Of a stretch of DNA of 64,000 nucleotides, positions 1 through 14,134 are shown one piece after another (position 1 is the first letter of the stretch; each line of letters starts with the position of its first letter). Origin of the DNA: Ministeria vibrans ATCC 50519 (taxonomy: Eukaryota > Protista > Filasterea); contig CALSCP010000692.1 in NCBI GenBank assembly GCA_943704425.1, positions 1-64,000 on the forward strand, written 5' to 3'. Below the pieces are notes generated by a model. The model did not search any database, was not told the origin of the DNA, and worked only from the letters and a program-made list of their open reading frames with translations. The translations under genes and the position numbers were made by a program.

Positions 1-23
1 AATATTAATTTTCAATTATTGTT

Positions 24-1100
24 ATGCGCCACAAAGTAGGCGATCGAGTCCTTGGACGCAGTAGCGGAGCGCTCTACGATGCAAAATGCGTTAAGGTAAT
101 CTCTTCAACTTGTCGGTTTCACTTGACGCTTCAACTTGTCCTCCCATTCCCAGATTGAAATAAGAGAAAACCCGGTGAGCGGCAAGAAGGAGCAAATGTA
201 CAGAATCCACTACAAGGGCTGGGCAAGGAACCGCGACGAGTGGCTCGCCGAGGCAGACGTGCTCAAGCCGACGCCAGAAAACCTCGCTCAAATGGAGGCG
301 GATATCGCCGCTGAAACGGACGCTGCGGCTCGCCGCACGCGCAAATCATCAACCACGTCAACGGCATCGACAGACAAGGGCACACGCAAACGCAAGCGGC
401 ACGACGACGCCGACGACGACGACGACGGCGCGTCGCAACACGACGACCCTCTTGTCAACCCCTTCACTCTTCCACCCTCCGTCAAGAAGGCTCTTCTGGC
501 CGACCAAGAGCTTCACTCTCACAAGCCGAAAAAGGTACGCGTGTCCGTCTCAAGCGATGCTGTCGTCTCTCGTCTCACACAGAATGAATAACCTGCAGGA
601 CGCGCCACAAAACAACCCGTCCGTCGACGACATTCTCTCCGCATTTGCAACTGCACACGCATCCAACGAACAACACTGCATTGCCGAACAGTGTCTTCGT
701 GTCTACTTTGAACGTGCCCTTCCCGTCTATCTGCTCTACCAGTCCGAAATTGATCTCTTTCAAAAGGTTACTATTCACAAACATACATAATTATATAATA
801 TTATTATTAAATAATTTATATATATGTCTCTTTCTTCCTCCTTTCTCCCTCCCTTCTTTCTTTCTTCCTCCTCTTCTCTTCAGAACAAATTAAACGTTCC
901 CAATGTCCAATTCTACGGATTGGACCATCTCCTCCGCTTTTTCGGTCAGACCACATACGCGCTCATATCTGTGCACTGACGTAAATTTGCCGTTTGCAGT
1001 GAAACTTCCGCTGTTACTCAGTTCCGCTTCGGACATTCTCATTCCCTCTTTTCAGCTCTTCATTGATTTTGTCGCTGAAAACTACATTGTAAAACACTAA
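24..1100 (+). CDS. MORF4L1: MRG15/Eaf3 family chromo(tudor-knot)+MRG domain protein, multi-exon
   Basis: ATG at 24: MRHKVGDRVL..LYDAKCVK|IEIREN..YRIHYKGWARNRDEW (chromo barrel). MRG motifs LRVYFERALPVYLLY and YGLDHLLRFF|VKLP. GT-AG introns, e.g. 96-153. Confidence 0.88.
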
Positions 1101-1164
1101 ACAAAAATTATATTACTATACAAAAAAGAAGTCAGTGATCTTCGTCTGTCTGTCTGTCTCTCTC

Positions 1165-1502
1165 TCAAGTAAAAACATCATCCGAGTCCAAAAGCAGTCC
1201 TCTCTGTCGCGCCAGACTGTTCTTCAGCTGAGTCTCCTGCTCCTTTGCCTCCTGTTCGTCCCTCTGCTTCTCCAGAATCTCTTCCACTGTCACTTGCGTC
1301 AGCGCTGAGTTTTCTTCCTTGATCAGATCCTATGGCGACAATCTCGCTTTTTAGCTCCTCCTCTTCCATTCCTGTCCCTTTCTTACGATTTCGCCCAACA
1401 GAACTACGTTTTCGCCGCGCACCAAATAGATTCCCCTCTGGATGTCTCCATACTCCCTTCCCACGTAAATCCGCTCAATCGTCTCCTCCAACACCAAATT
1501 GG
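1165..1502 (-). CDS. LSM1: LSm1 (mRNA decay Sm-like protein), 3' exons only; 5' exon not found in window
   Basis: [39 protein letters not shown]|[23 protein letters not shown]. Acceptor TTTGCAG at 1503. No LRDGR-type Sm1 exon upstream. Confidence 0.85.
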
Positions 1503-1635
1503 CTGCAAAAAAAAAAAAAAAAAAAGAGTGTGAGAGACGCCCAGCCAGTGTGTGGATAAACAAGAGACGCAGAGATCGAGAGAGAGGGGGAGCGTGTGTG
1601 TTCCTATGTGCTCTAACGCGAGTGTCTTCGTTTAG

Positions 1636-2180
1636 GCTGCAAGTGTGCACAAGTGTACTGCAACCCGCTCTTTGTGTGTCGTTGTCGTGCTGCAGCTCAG
1701 CAGCAGGGGCGCTCCCCGTGCCTGACGCCACTCAAAGACGTCAAGCTCAGCCCGGCGGACCTCGCCACTGCCATCGTAAAAAGTCGGGCCGAGTCCGCGC
1801 GCCTCGTCGCCTACCTTGCCTCCCACTCCCTCGACTGCACGACCGTCTTCCAGGAGTGTCTTGACAAGGTCCAGTCTGGCGAGTACAGTCTTCCCCTCTT
1901 CACTGTCCCTCCCACGAAGGACTCGCTCTTCTGTCGCCGTTGCGCCGTTCTTCATTTGGTTCCTCCCCTCTTCTATCAGTACCGTGAGCGCATCAAAAAG
2001 TCCGATATCAGTAAGTACCATTAATATTGAAATGATTCTGCACGTATGTATCTTACCCTTTTCGGCCCACCAGCGCAACTCCCTGACTGCTGGTACGGCA
2101 TTGAGTGCCGCACAATGACGCACAGCGCACAGCATGCGGATCGCTACAACCACATTTGTCCCATTCGCAAGAAGAAATAA
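1636..2180 (+). CDS. CHFR: CHFR-like C-terminal Cys-rich domain + PBZ finger, 3' exons only
   Basis: [40 protein letters not shown], then [26 protein letters not shown], matching the CHFR CRD/PBZ. Acceptor tttag at 1635. FHA/RING exons absent. Confidence 0.75.
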
Positions 2181-2350
2181 ACTCCTTTTTGTTTGTTTTA
2201 CGTTTCACACACACGTGCGATCTTTGTGTACTTTGCGTGTGTTGTGGGGCAATATGCGACCCCAAATGAATATCTAAGAGAGACAGGCGTTTCACATTTG
2301 ATTTGATGTGAATGATTTGATTAATTGATTTTCAGTTTCCAAACAAATTC

Positions 2351-3721
2351 ATGCCCTTCAGGCGTCTCGCTGTACCACTTGCCTCCCTCACCTCGGCTGC
2401 TGCTGCTTACTTTGTCATGGCGACAGAATCGTCCGCATCCGGCGACCACGACAAAGAGGACGAGTCCGAACTTGTCATTGGCGCACTGTCGCAACCCGTC
2501 ATCAAGAAGAACGGCCGATTCGACAACCCCTGGCCGACCTGGCGCTTTCCCTCCGTTGGGGGCCTTCTTAAATTCATGTTTGCCACCAAGGACTACTCCG
2601 CCATCCCGAAACGAGAGGTGATTTCAACCAAGCTTCAACTCGCGTTGAACTCACCGTTGCACGTCCCTCCGCTCTCCCTCTCAGGCACTCGACCAGACTC
2701 TGCCGATTGTTCCAGTCGACCGCGCGCTTTTGAACACGCCTGTAGAGAAGGGCAAGGTGCGTGTGACGTGGATCGGGCACGCCACAGCGCTCGTCCAGAT
2801 GGACAATGGCGTCAATGCCCTCACTGACCCCGTTTGGTCCAAGCGCTGCTCTCCGTCGCAGCTTGTCGGCGTTGCGCGCTATCGTGAGGCTCCCTGTGAA
2901 ATCAAAGACCTTCCCAAGATCCACATTGTACTTGTGTCGCACAATCATTACGATCATCTCGACTACAATTCAGTGCAAGAAATCGAGAAGGTGCGGCGAC
3001 AAGGACACGCAACCATCGATCTTATCCACGCTTCTGTCTGCTCTCTAGGTACACTCTCCGACCTGGTATGCGGGCTCTGGTGTGGACGAGTGGCTGCGGC
3101 GCGCGGGGTGTGCGCGAGTGCACGGGATGTCGTGGTGGGAGGAGCACACGCACACCGAGAAGTCCAATGAGCAGAGCGGTAGTGCGGGCGAGTCGACCTC
3201 AGACACCTGGGTGGCGTCGGTCCCTGTGCAGCACTGGAGCAAACGCACGCTCCTCGACACAAACGAGACGCTGTGGTGTGGGTGGATCCTCCATGCCGGC
3301 AGCACCCGCTTTTTCTTCGCAGGCGACACCGGCATGTGTCCCGTCTTCAATGAGATTGGCGCCAAGTACGCTCCCATCGACCTTGCCGCCTTGCCCATTG
3401 GGGCATACGAGCCCCGTTGCTTCATGGCTCCCCAACACGTCAATCCCGAAGAGGCCGTGCGCATCCACCGTGCCGTGGGCGCCCGTCGCTCTATTGGCGT
3501 TCACTGGGGCACCTTCAAGCTTACCACAGAAGTACGCAGGACTTTCTCACGTTGTTTTGCTTCACCCTCGCCCCATCTCATTCTACCTTGTCTTTTTTTT
3601 TTTTCTTTTTTTGCAGCACTATCTTGAGCCACCGGAGCGACTCAAGACAGCCGCAGAGGAAGCGGGGCTCGCTCCCGACGAGTTTTTTGTGCTCTCACAC
3701 GGAGGCACAAGGACTGTGTAG
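2351..3721 (+). CDS. NAPEPLD: NAPE-PLD-like metallo-beta-lactamase fold phospholipase
   Basis: GRFDNPWPTW, VTWIGHAT, LTDPVWS, SHNHYDHLD, PVQHWS, FFAGDTG, LPIGAYEPR, GVHWGTF; several short introns. Confidence 0.9.
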
Positions 3722-3866
3722 ACTGAGAGGTGTTTTTTTTGTATAATAAACTGAAATGCACATTCGCCACACGCACACAGAGAGAGACGCATAGAGAAGA
3801 GAGAAAAGATATGATATAATGCACTGTGTAATGGGAGAGAGAAAGGGAGGGGGGGATACCCTCCAC

Positions 3867-5531
3867 TCAGTCGTCGTCCTCGTCGGGTTTGTCGACAACT
3901 TTTTCAATGCGCAGAAACTTCGAGCGGACATCGAGTACCTTCTCGTACGCCGCAAGATGTGCCACGTCCGGGGGCGCATCGACAAACTCACGCGTGATGT
4001 TGTAAACAAAAACACGGCGCAGGGGGTCGCTGCGGCGCGGGAACTGGCGCAGACGCACTTTGTACCCGCGCGCCTCCTTCTCCTTGCTCTTCAGAGGGAA
4101 AATGTCCATTCTGCAAAAAAAACCCCCGGATAAGGTTCATCGTTCGCGTGCCACCACTACTATGAACTGCAGTGTTGTACCGTCGACCGGCACGCTTGGC
4201 AGCCTGGCTGGGAAAGCGGATACGTCCGAGTCCCGTGTTGCCCACACCGCGACCAAACACAATGACGTCGCCACTCGAGGGTTTGAGCACTGCGTCGTGG
4301 TGCTTGTCGACGAGGATGTAGCGTTTGCGCTCTGAATTGGCCAGACGGTCCTTATCAACGAGGTTGCGGTACTTATCTTTGAGATCTACGGGTGTACGGC
4401 ACGCGTTGAAGTCGTGCGGGTGGCCGCCAAGAAACAGGGCCCATGGCACACGGTCGTTTGGGTTGGCCTTCTTGTGCGCCTTGACAAGTTTCTTCAGGAG
4501 CCGTTCCTCTTCGGCAGTGAACGGCACTGGGGCGCGTCGTGGGCTAGGCACGGCCTTTTTGGGTGAAGCGGCAGCGGCTTTGCCCTTCTTGGTGTCCTTT
4601 GCCGCAGCGGCAAGAGCAGCACGCTGCTTGGTCGGCGGCGTTTTGGGTTGCTTCGTGGCCGGCGCGGCCTTCTTAGCAGGCGAGACCTTCGCGGCAGCCG
4701 AGGTCTTCTTCGCAGGCGAGGCCTTCTTGGCGGGCGAGGCCTTCTTGGCAGGCGGTGCAGGGGCAGTGCGTTTCAGTTTGCGTGAGTCGGCGGCCTTGGC
4801 AGCAGCCTTCTTCGCAGCGGCACCCGCCTTGTCCATCTTGGCCTCGGACTTGCGCAGTTTCGACGTCGCCGCCTTCTCTTCTTCGTCATCGTCATCGTCG
4901 TCGTCCTCCTCCTCTTCTTCTTCGTCTACTTCGACGCGGGTACGTTTCCTTCCCTTCGCGGGAGCACGTGCGGGGCTGCGCAGTGTGAGTGTGGGGTGAG
5001 TAGACATTCTTTATGAGCGTTCGAAGGGTAAACATCCTTATGAGCAAAACGTGCGACAAGCACTCGGCGCGCGGTTGTGTGGACGCAGTCAGCATGGGGG
5101 TTTCTTGTGTGTGTGCAGTATTCGACTCGTGAGTCGTGTGGGGGAAGGCGGGCTTGCCAAATGGGCGCAAATGAAGTTATGAAAAAAAAAACCGTTAGGG
5201 TTAAAACGGTGTGAGAAGAAAACGTAGGACAGTGTGGCGGGACTGGATTCTGGCATGGACGAACAGGACTGGCCAACTGTAGTGTAACGAGCGTGGGTGC
5301 GGCGGTGGCACGGCTGCGTTGGCCAATGCGAGTTCACCACTGGATGTTAGGGTTAAACCGATGCGAGAACACAATAATCCAAAGGCCCGTTCCCTGCGCC
5401 TCTGCCCTGGAGAACTTCCATGCAGTTGCGGTGGTGTAACGAGCGCAGAGAAAGACGCGCACATAGACGAACCTTTTCGCGGCAGGCGCAGCAGCTGCCT
5501 TGGACTGCCTCGTCTGCTTCTTCGGGGGCAT
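3867..5531 (-). CDS. K/A/P-rich (H1-like) + telobox Myb + MC1-like domain DNA-binding protein; exons 5473-5531, 4181-4975, 3867-4110
   Basis: Frame-consistent GT-AG introns 4976-5472 and 4111-4180. PFTAEEERLL..W..RTPVDLKDKYRNL is a TRF-type Myb. The C-terminal KRYILVD..PSQAAKRAGRR..VRLRQ..RRVFVYNITREFVDAP..RIEKV resembles MC1. Confidence 0.8.
5191..5445. promoter_or_regulatory. Duplicated intronic module with two telomere-type boxes (TTAGGGTTAA at 5195 and 5347) and two GTGTAACGAGCG motifs (5282, 5434)
   Basis: Both motif pairs are exactly 152 nt apart and lie in intron 1 of the Myb-MC1 gene. The function is inferred. Confidence 0.55.
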
Positions 5532-5867
5532 GGTTGATCACAAGGGGTGGGGGGACCGCTAAGGCGCTGACAGACTGGCACTGGTGGCAGGTCGCAAGAA
5601 AACTGGAATTGAAATTTTTAATTTGAAGAGTTCAGTGACTCAATTGACTAAGTCACTAAGGGATGTCAGAAATAAACGAATATTCCGTGTCTGATTTCGT
5701 TCCCACATCGTTCTAGTCTTGTACAATGCACCGTGTTGTCCACGTGTGATTATTTTGAACCTTGCGTGAGTTGCGTCGCGTTTTCTGAATTATTATTATT
5801 CAGATGTGTGTCAGATCATTTCAAACAAATCATTAGTATTATTCCTAATCATTTGCTTCGCCAATCA

Positions 5868-7673
5868 ATGTCAACGGAAACAGCGGCCCCACTGCCGCCG
5901 CCGCCGCCAGTGCGTCTCATGTCTCCTGTGTTTCTCGCTCGGTCTCTGCTTCGCAGACGTCACTACGATCGGTGCATCGACGTGTGCAGGAGGATTCTTG
6001 CGGACGGTTGCAGTCGTCGTGGCGACCGCGACGCCGCCTGGCTGCTGCAGGCGCGGGCCTTGGCTGCGCGTGTCGCACTCGACGACGTGGACCTCGATGA
6101 TTACGCTGGCGCCGCAGACGGCGTGGCAGCCGACTCGACGGCCGCTGCACCGCGCGCAGGAACGGGGCTAGCCGACGCCTCAAAAGCGCCACCGACCGCT
6201 TTTGCCCGTCCCGGTGCGCTTGTGGCACCCACGCCACTTGACAATGCCCTGCGCAGCGGTACGTCGGCTGGACCGGGCGGCGGTGCAGGTGCAGGTGCCG
6301 CAAGCGGTGCATTGCCTCCGATGACTTCGGCTGGAGTGCGACCCGCGCGAACAGCCGCGGGAAGACCCTTTGCCACGGCGCGCGACGAGCAGCAACAGTT
6401 TTGCGACGTGATTCACCTCAACTTGGGAGACTATGTCGGTCGACCGTCTATGGCGCGGGCTCTTTTTGAGTACCTGCTTGAGGTTGAGGCGAATGTGCGT
6501 CTCGCACTCGATCTGGCAACTCTCATGGAAACGGCGTCGGCCACTTCCAACGACGGTGGTGGCGACCCTTCCTCTTCCTCCTCCTCTCCCTCTTCTTTTT
6601 CGTGGTCGTGGAGGGTCGCCAAGGGCCGTTGCTACTTCCGTCTAAATTTGCTGCGAGACGCAGAAGACGCCTTTTTGGACGCGCTGGATGTGCACGAGAG
6701 TGTCCACACCTATCAGCTACTAGCCAAAGTGTACATCCGACAGAATCAGCCGCGACTCGCTCTCAACGTTTACCAGCGAGCATCGTACATCAAGCAATAT
6801 TTACGAGAAATGGTGGTCATTGATTGTATGCGTGTGTGTGTAGACAACGGTTCCCAGGGGAGGTAGGAGTGCAGCTGTGTATGGCGCGGACCTTTGGGGC
6901 GGTGGGGGAGCGGGAGAGTGCGCAGGGACGGTACCAGGAGGTGCTTGCACTTGACAGTGGCAATGTCGAAGCACTCGTGTCGGTGGCGGCAGCGCACTTT
7001 GAGCATGATCAGCCCGAGACAGCTCTGCTCATCTACAAGTGAGATGAGCGTGGATCGAAGGAACGTGTTTGTGTACTGATGAGCTGTGCATGTTTTTTAA
7101 TATGTCACGTGAAGACGACTATTACAGATGGGCGTGGACGGGTGCGAGACATACACTAACATTGGGATGTGCTGTGTGCACGCCCACCAGTTTGACGAGG
7201 CCTTCCGCTATCTTCAGCGTGCCCTTCACTTGGCCGACGACTCCAATGCTGCCGATGGTACTCCAATTGCCGACGTGTCTCGTGTCGTTTGTGGTTTGAC
7301 ACAGTTCTTTTTGTCTTTTATCTTGTCCTTAGTGTGGTATAACCTTGGACACGTTGCGCTGGGCATGGGCGACGTGGCATGGGCGTACCAATGCTTTAAA
7401 TTGGCACTGGCAAGCAACCCTGCACATGCCGCCGCGCACAACAACGTTGGTGTGCTTGAGTTGCGCAAGGGCAACCACCATTTGGCACTTGCGAGCTTCG
7501 CCTCCGCCGCGCGTGGTTCTTCGTTGGTCGAGGCCGAGTTCAATGCGGCCGTCACTGCCTATCACCGTGGCGACTTTCAATCGGCATACAGTGCTGTTTC
7601 GCGTGCGCTTGAGCTTAAACCGGGAATGGTTGCTGCTCAAGAGCTTCGTGAGATGCTGGAGGCCATTTCGTGA
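5868..7673 (+). CDS. TTC8: BBSome subunit BBS8/TTC8 (TPR protein)
   Basis: RRHYDRCIDVC, DAAWLLQARAL, ARALFEYL..ALDLA, WRVAKGRCYFRLNLLRDAE, DQPETALLIYK|RLLQMGV, VWYNLGHVALGMGD..AYQCFKLAL, NNVGVLELRKG. Confidence 0.9.
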
Positions 7674-7814
7674 ATAATAGTTCGCGCGCGCGCGCTCTGT
7701 GAGTCAAAAATAGGCGATTCTATAGATAGATGTGAATGTGTAATATTTTGTAACAAAGTGATGAACTCATCACGCTTAATAAAGAAGATCAAGATCGTAC
7801 TGTTTTTAATTAAT

Positions 7815-8606
7815 CTTTCAGGTAACCTTTCATTGATACAAGCTTGACTCTCAGACGATATTACAAAACTGCGTGTCAATAGCTAACCCTGCACGCCCAA
7901 GAAGACCCAAGGCACCCATCCAAGACTGTATGGCAACAGATGGTGTAAAGACTCACTGATATCAATTGATTCCGTGACGCTTGAAACGACGGGAACAATT
8001 TCGGAAAATTGAAATTAAAGTACCTCAAATAAGCCGTGTATAAGAAAATAATTGTTGATATTTCGCGTGTCATCCTGATTCCTAATTGCCTATTCACAGT
8101 AGTACAATATGAAGCGAATTTAAATACAAATATATTTATTAATAAACTTCATTGTGTGAAAATCAGCTGTAATTTCCGATTTCGGGAACAAACATCAATA
8201 GTTTATACAAAGGTCGGGGTAAACTCGTGGAACTCTCTTACCGCAACGAAGATGACAACAACTGAAAATGAGAGTGTGTCTGAGAGTGTGTGTGAGGGAG
8301 TGAGAGAGAACCACTACGCGTTGCGGCACTTTGTGACGCCCGCCACGGCTGGATTGGATTCCGCATGAGGAGGAGTGATGTTTTTTTTTTGTTTTTTTTT
8401 TTGTTCGCCTAAAGAGTGTGTTGCAAGGAGAGAAAAAAATAACTTGTAGAACTCTTACCCAACAGCCTAAAGTATGGGCTGGAGGGTGAGAGGGATGGGT
8501 GCCTTGGGTCTTCTTGGGCGTGCAGGGTTGCTATTGACACGCAGTTTTGTACTATCGTCTGAGAGTCTTTTATGTTGACTTGTTTCAATGAAAGGTTGCC
8601 TGAAAG
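7815..8606. mobile_element. MITE-like/foldback element with approximately 110-bp imperfect inverted repeats (7815-7921 and 8493-8606)
   Basis: Left arm ..GTGTCAATAGCTAACCCTGCACGCCCAAGAAGACCCAAGGCACCCATCC is the reverse complement of right arm GGATGGGTGCCTTGGGTCTTCTTGGGCGTGCAGGGTTGCTATTGACAC.. No transposase and no clear TSD. Confidence 0.6.
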
Positions 8607-8731
8607 TTTGAATTTCTCCCCCGCCTATAGAAATAAAAAACATTTCACGGATTTAAGTCTTGTGATAATCTTCAATACAAATCAATACTGGGGAAAGTGA
8701 AATAAAAAGTGAATTTGTACAACAGGAACAC

Positions 8732-11079
<2,348 letters not shown>

Positions 11080-11562
11080 GTCTGATCTAGAAGCAGCAGA
11101 GAATTGGAAATATTATAATTAATGTATTTTCGAAGTTTGAAGTTTGAACTTTCAAGGACTCGACTCATAAAACCACCTTTTTTCTTCTATCTATTCATCA
11201 ATGGCGTAATTTGGCTCCTATTGGCTTACCATGCTGTTCACTCTGGTGTCTGCTTGATTATACCGCGATGCCGGGCAACGTGTGGAGCCATCATAGGGTG
11301 GATTATGAATAGATGGACTGAAAAGGCGGTTTAGATATGTAATGCCATAGAGCCCAACTTGAATTTCTTAGTCATTTGTGAGTCAAAGGAATCGGGTTGA
11401 AACGGAAAATGCAAAAGACTAGAGGCCCCATGAGGCATGAATCCATATAACTATTAACTTGAGAGGTCACCTGTACTGTCCTGCACGCGCAATACAGAAT
11501 ACCAGAGAGGGCAATCGCAGTCGATGAAAATTCGCATGTTTATTAAATGTTTCAAGTTCGTC

Positions 11563-11800
11563 TCAATGGCCCGCCTTAACATCAATGAGATCCTCCTGCG
11601 CGGGAAATTCCTACGCGAAAAGTAGCTGTGAGCAACGACAAAAAAGTATCAAACGCAGAACAATCGACGAACCTTAATGGCGGCCTCAATGGCATCGCGC
11701 TGGAGCAGAATAGCACAGGTGTATTGCAGAGCCCTCACCTAAAGTCATGTCAGCGACACACACACACACATACACACATACACACATACACACACACACA

Positions 11801-11839
<39 letters not shown>

Positions 11840-13907
11840 CTACCTGTCCACCGGGCTTCAAGAGACGACTGCCCATTCCAAGGAAGCAGTTGTCGGTGAG
11901 GTTGTTGAGGGGCTCTCCCTCCCGGTCGACCACCGTCACGTCCCCGCGCAGAATATACAGCGCAAACGACGCCTTGTGCTCTGCCGAGCCCGTCGACAGT
12001 ATCACCGCCTAAAACATGCAGAGAGATTGATTGGGCGCACTGATCATGACAGGCACCTACACTCACCTCTGCTTCGTATTCATGTGCGACTGTCATGTGA
12101 GCGAGATAGTGCAGGAAGGATGGGGAGCACTTGCGGAAGGGTGGGTAGGCGGAGTAACGCTCCATCAGCACCTCAGGCGATAGTGCGCCCTACATTAAAA
12201 TCCATTTAGGTATTTACCTCTCTCTCCATCTCTCTCTTTGTCTAACCTGATAGCGATCGAGCAGTTCCATGTTCTGCTGACGCCACACAACCTCGCGTTG
12301 GCGAGCCATTGCCATCGTCTGTAAGCGCTCGTCCTCGTGGCTTTCCAGCACCGCCATTAGTGCCTCCCTAATACCATGTCACTCAGCGTCACGCACACGG
12401 CACACATGATTGATTTTAGCGTGTTGTTACCTTTGCAGCTCAAAGAGTGTACAATAGTCGACAGTGGTGAAGTTTGCGCGTCTTTTTGCGCCCAAGAAAA
12501 GGCCGTCAAGGCCAAAGGCCACGCCGTCGCCCAGCTGGGCAAACACGTCGGCATCGTCGTCGCTGATGACGTCCACCTTGCCGCGAATGATGAAGAAGGC
12601 GCTCTCTCCGCTGTCTCCGCGCCGACAAATCTATACGAATTTGTGAGTCACTGTGTCGTGCCCCTCTTGTGTCACCCTTACTTCTGTTCTCGGAGCGTAT
12701 GTGATCGGCTCCGAGGTGCACGCCACGTCCGCCAAAACTCCCTTCTTCCACTTGTGAAACAGCGGTGCCTAACGCATAAAAAGAACCAATTGATCACGCC
12801 TACTCCGACCTGTTTCTACTCTTTCTAGGATTGTCTTGTTTGTGTACAACGAAGCTTTTGCCCTAGCTAGGGGCACTTCCAAAAATAAACAACATGTTTT
12901 TAGTCCTTCTTACTCGAATCAAGGCTGTGTAGGTGCACTCAGAGGCAAGCAGACCTGGCTCAAAGAGGTTGTCAGTGTCGGTGTAGCCTCGTTTGGTGCA
13001 CCATGACAACAGGTCTTTGTTCTGCTCCATCACACAATAGGATTAGCGCGGCAGTCGAACTTCTTGCACACGATACTCTTACATCCAGCTTGAACGGACC
13101 CAGTTCGTGGTGTAAGTCGGACTTTTGCAGGAGAATGAGGTCGCAGGGCGTGAGAGCACGCACCGCACAAATGGCGGGCACGCCAAACACAGCCGACAGC
13201 TCGCCAAAGAAATTGCCCTGGCCCGCCTGAAAGAGCGTGTGCTTGCCGTCGGGGTGGATCATTTCAACGAGGCCGTGCCGAATCACATAGATTCCCGACA
13301 AATTGTCTCCCTTTCGTATGATGTGTTCGTTTGCATGGGCCGACGTCTGTCGCAAACAGCAAACGAGAAAACAAAAAACCCGACAGTATCAGCTCGAAAG
13401 AAGCAAAACTGACAGAAATGAGTCAGCAAGAAGCAGCACTGCCCCCATGCAGGGGTACAGTGCGCTGCCGAGCGACGCTGATGGGCGTGGCAGTCAAGCG
13501 ATTCTTACGTGTGGCGCCGACCCAACCATTCGCAGGAGGATGTCGTAGACCTCGCGCTTTGTTCTGAGCGGCACAAGAAAGTGCAAAGACATGCATGCCT
13601 GCAGCGAGCAAAGAACGGGACAAAACAGCACAAGGTGAGCAAGACTGCAAAAAAGTATCTCTATGGCAACCACCAAAAGCCAAAAAGGGACAACCCCCAT
13701 TAAACAAACAAGAAGAGCCCTGCGAACCTGCGCCATCTGTGGATACGTCAAAGGATGCATCTTGGTGATGTCCGTGTTCATCGACAACACATCGCGCACC
13801 TGCAAACACAGCACGTCAATATGTGGGCAGACTCATCGACGATCAGCGGCGTGTACCTGCGCCTGGTACATGATGTCGGGCACTCTCTTTGATGCTCCAC
13901 AACCCAT
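11563..13907 (-). CDS. Multi cyclic-nucleotide-binding domain protein with N-terminal MGCGAS acylation motif
   Basis: Start MGCGASKRVPDIMYQAQ|. cNMP repeats IIRKGD..IYVIRHGLVE..GNFFGELS, FFIIRGKVDV..GVAFGLDG and LYILRGDVTV..CFLG. Last exon EFPAQEDLIDVKAGH*. Confidence 0.72.
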
Positions 13908-14134
13908 ACTGAGGAGTGACGAAAATGCTCAAAATTTCTGTATTATTTTTTTTCTTTGGAATTTAAGACTTGACAGAATACTCATTCGTAATTGCTCAAT
14001 GGACAAAGCTGCTGGCAGAGTACGTCAAGTCGAGGCACCAATCAATATCCAACCTTCATTCGATCATGCAACTGTTACGTGTCGATCTCATGTCAAACTA
14101 GACTAATTTAAGTCTTTATTCAAACCTTTGGTGT

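Noticed and set aside
4325-4999. 224-aa plus-strand ORF (Ala/Ser-rich)
   Set aside because: Antisense shadow of the K/A/E-rich exon of the Myb-MC1 gene.
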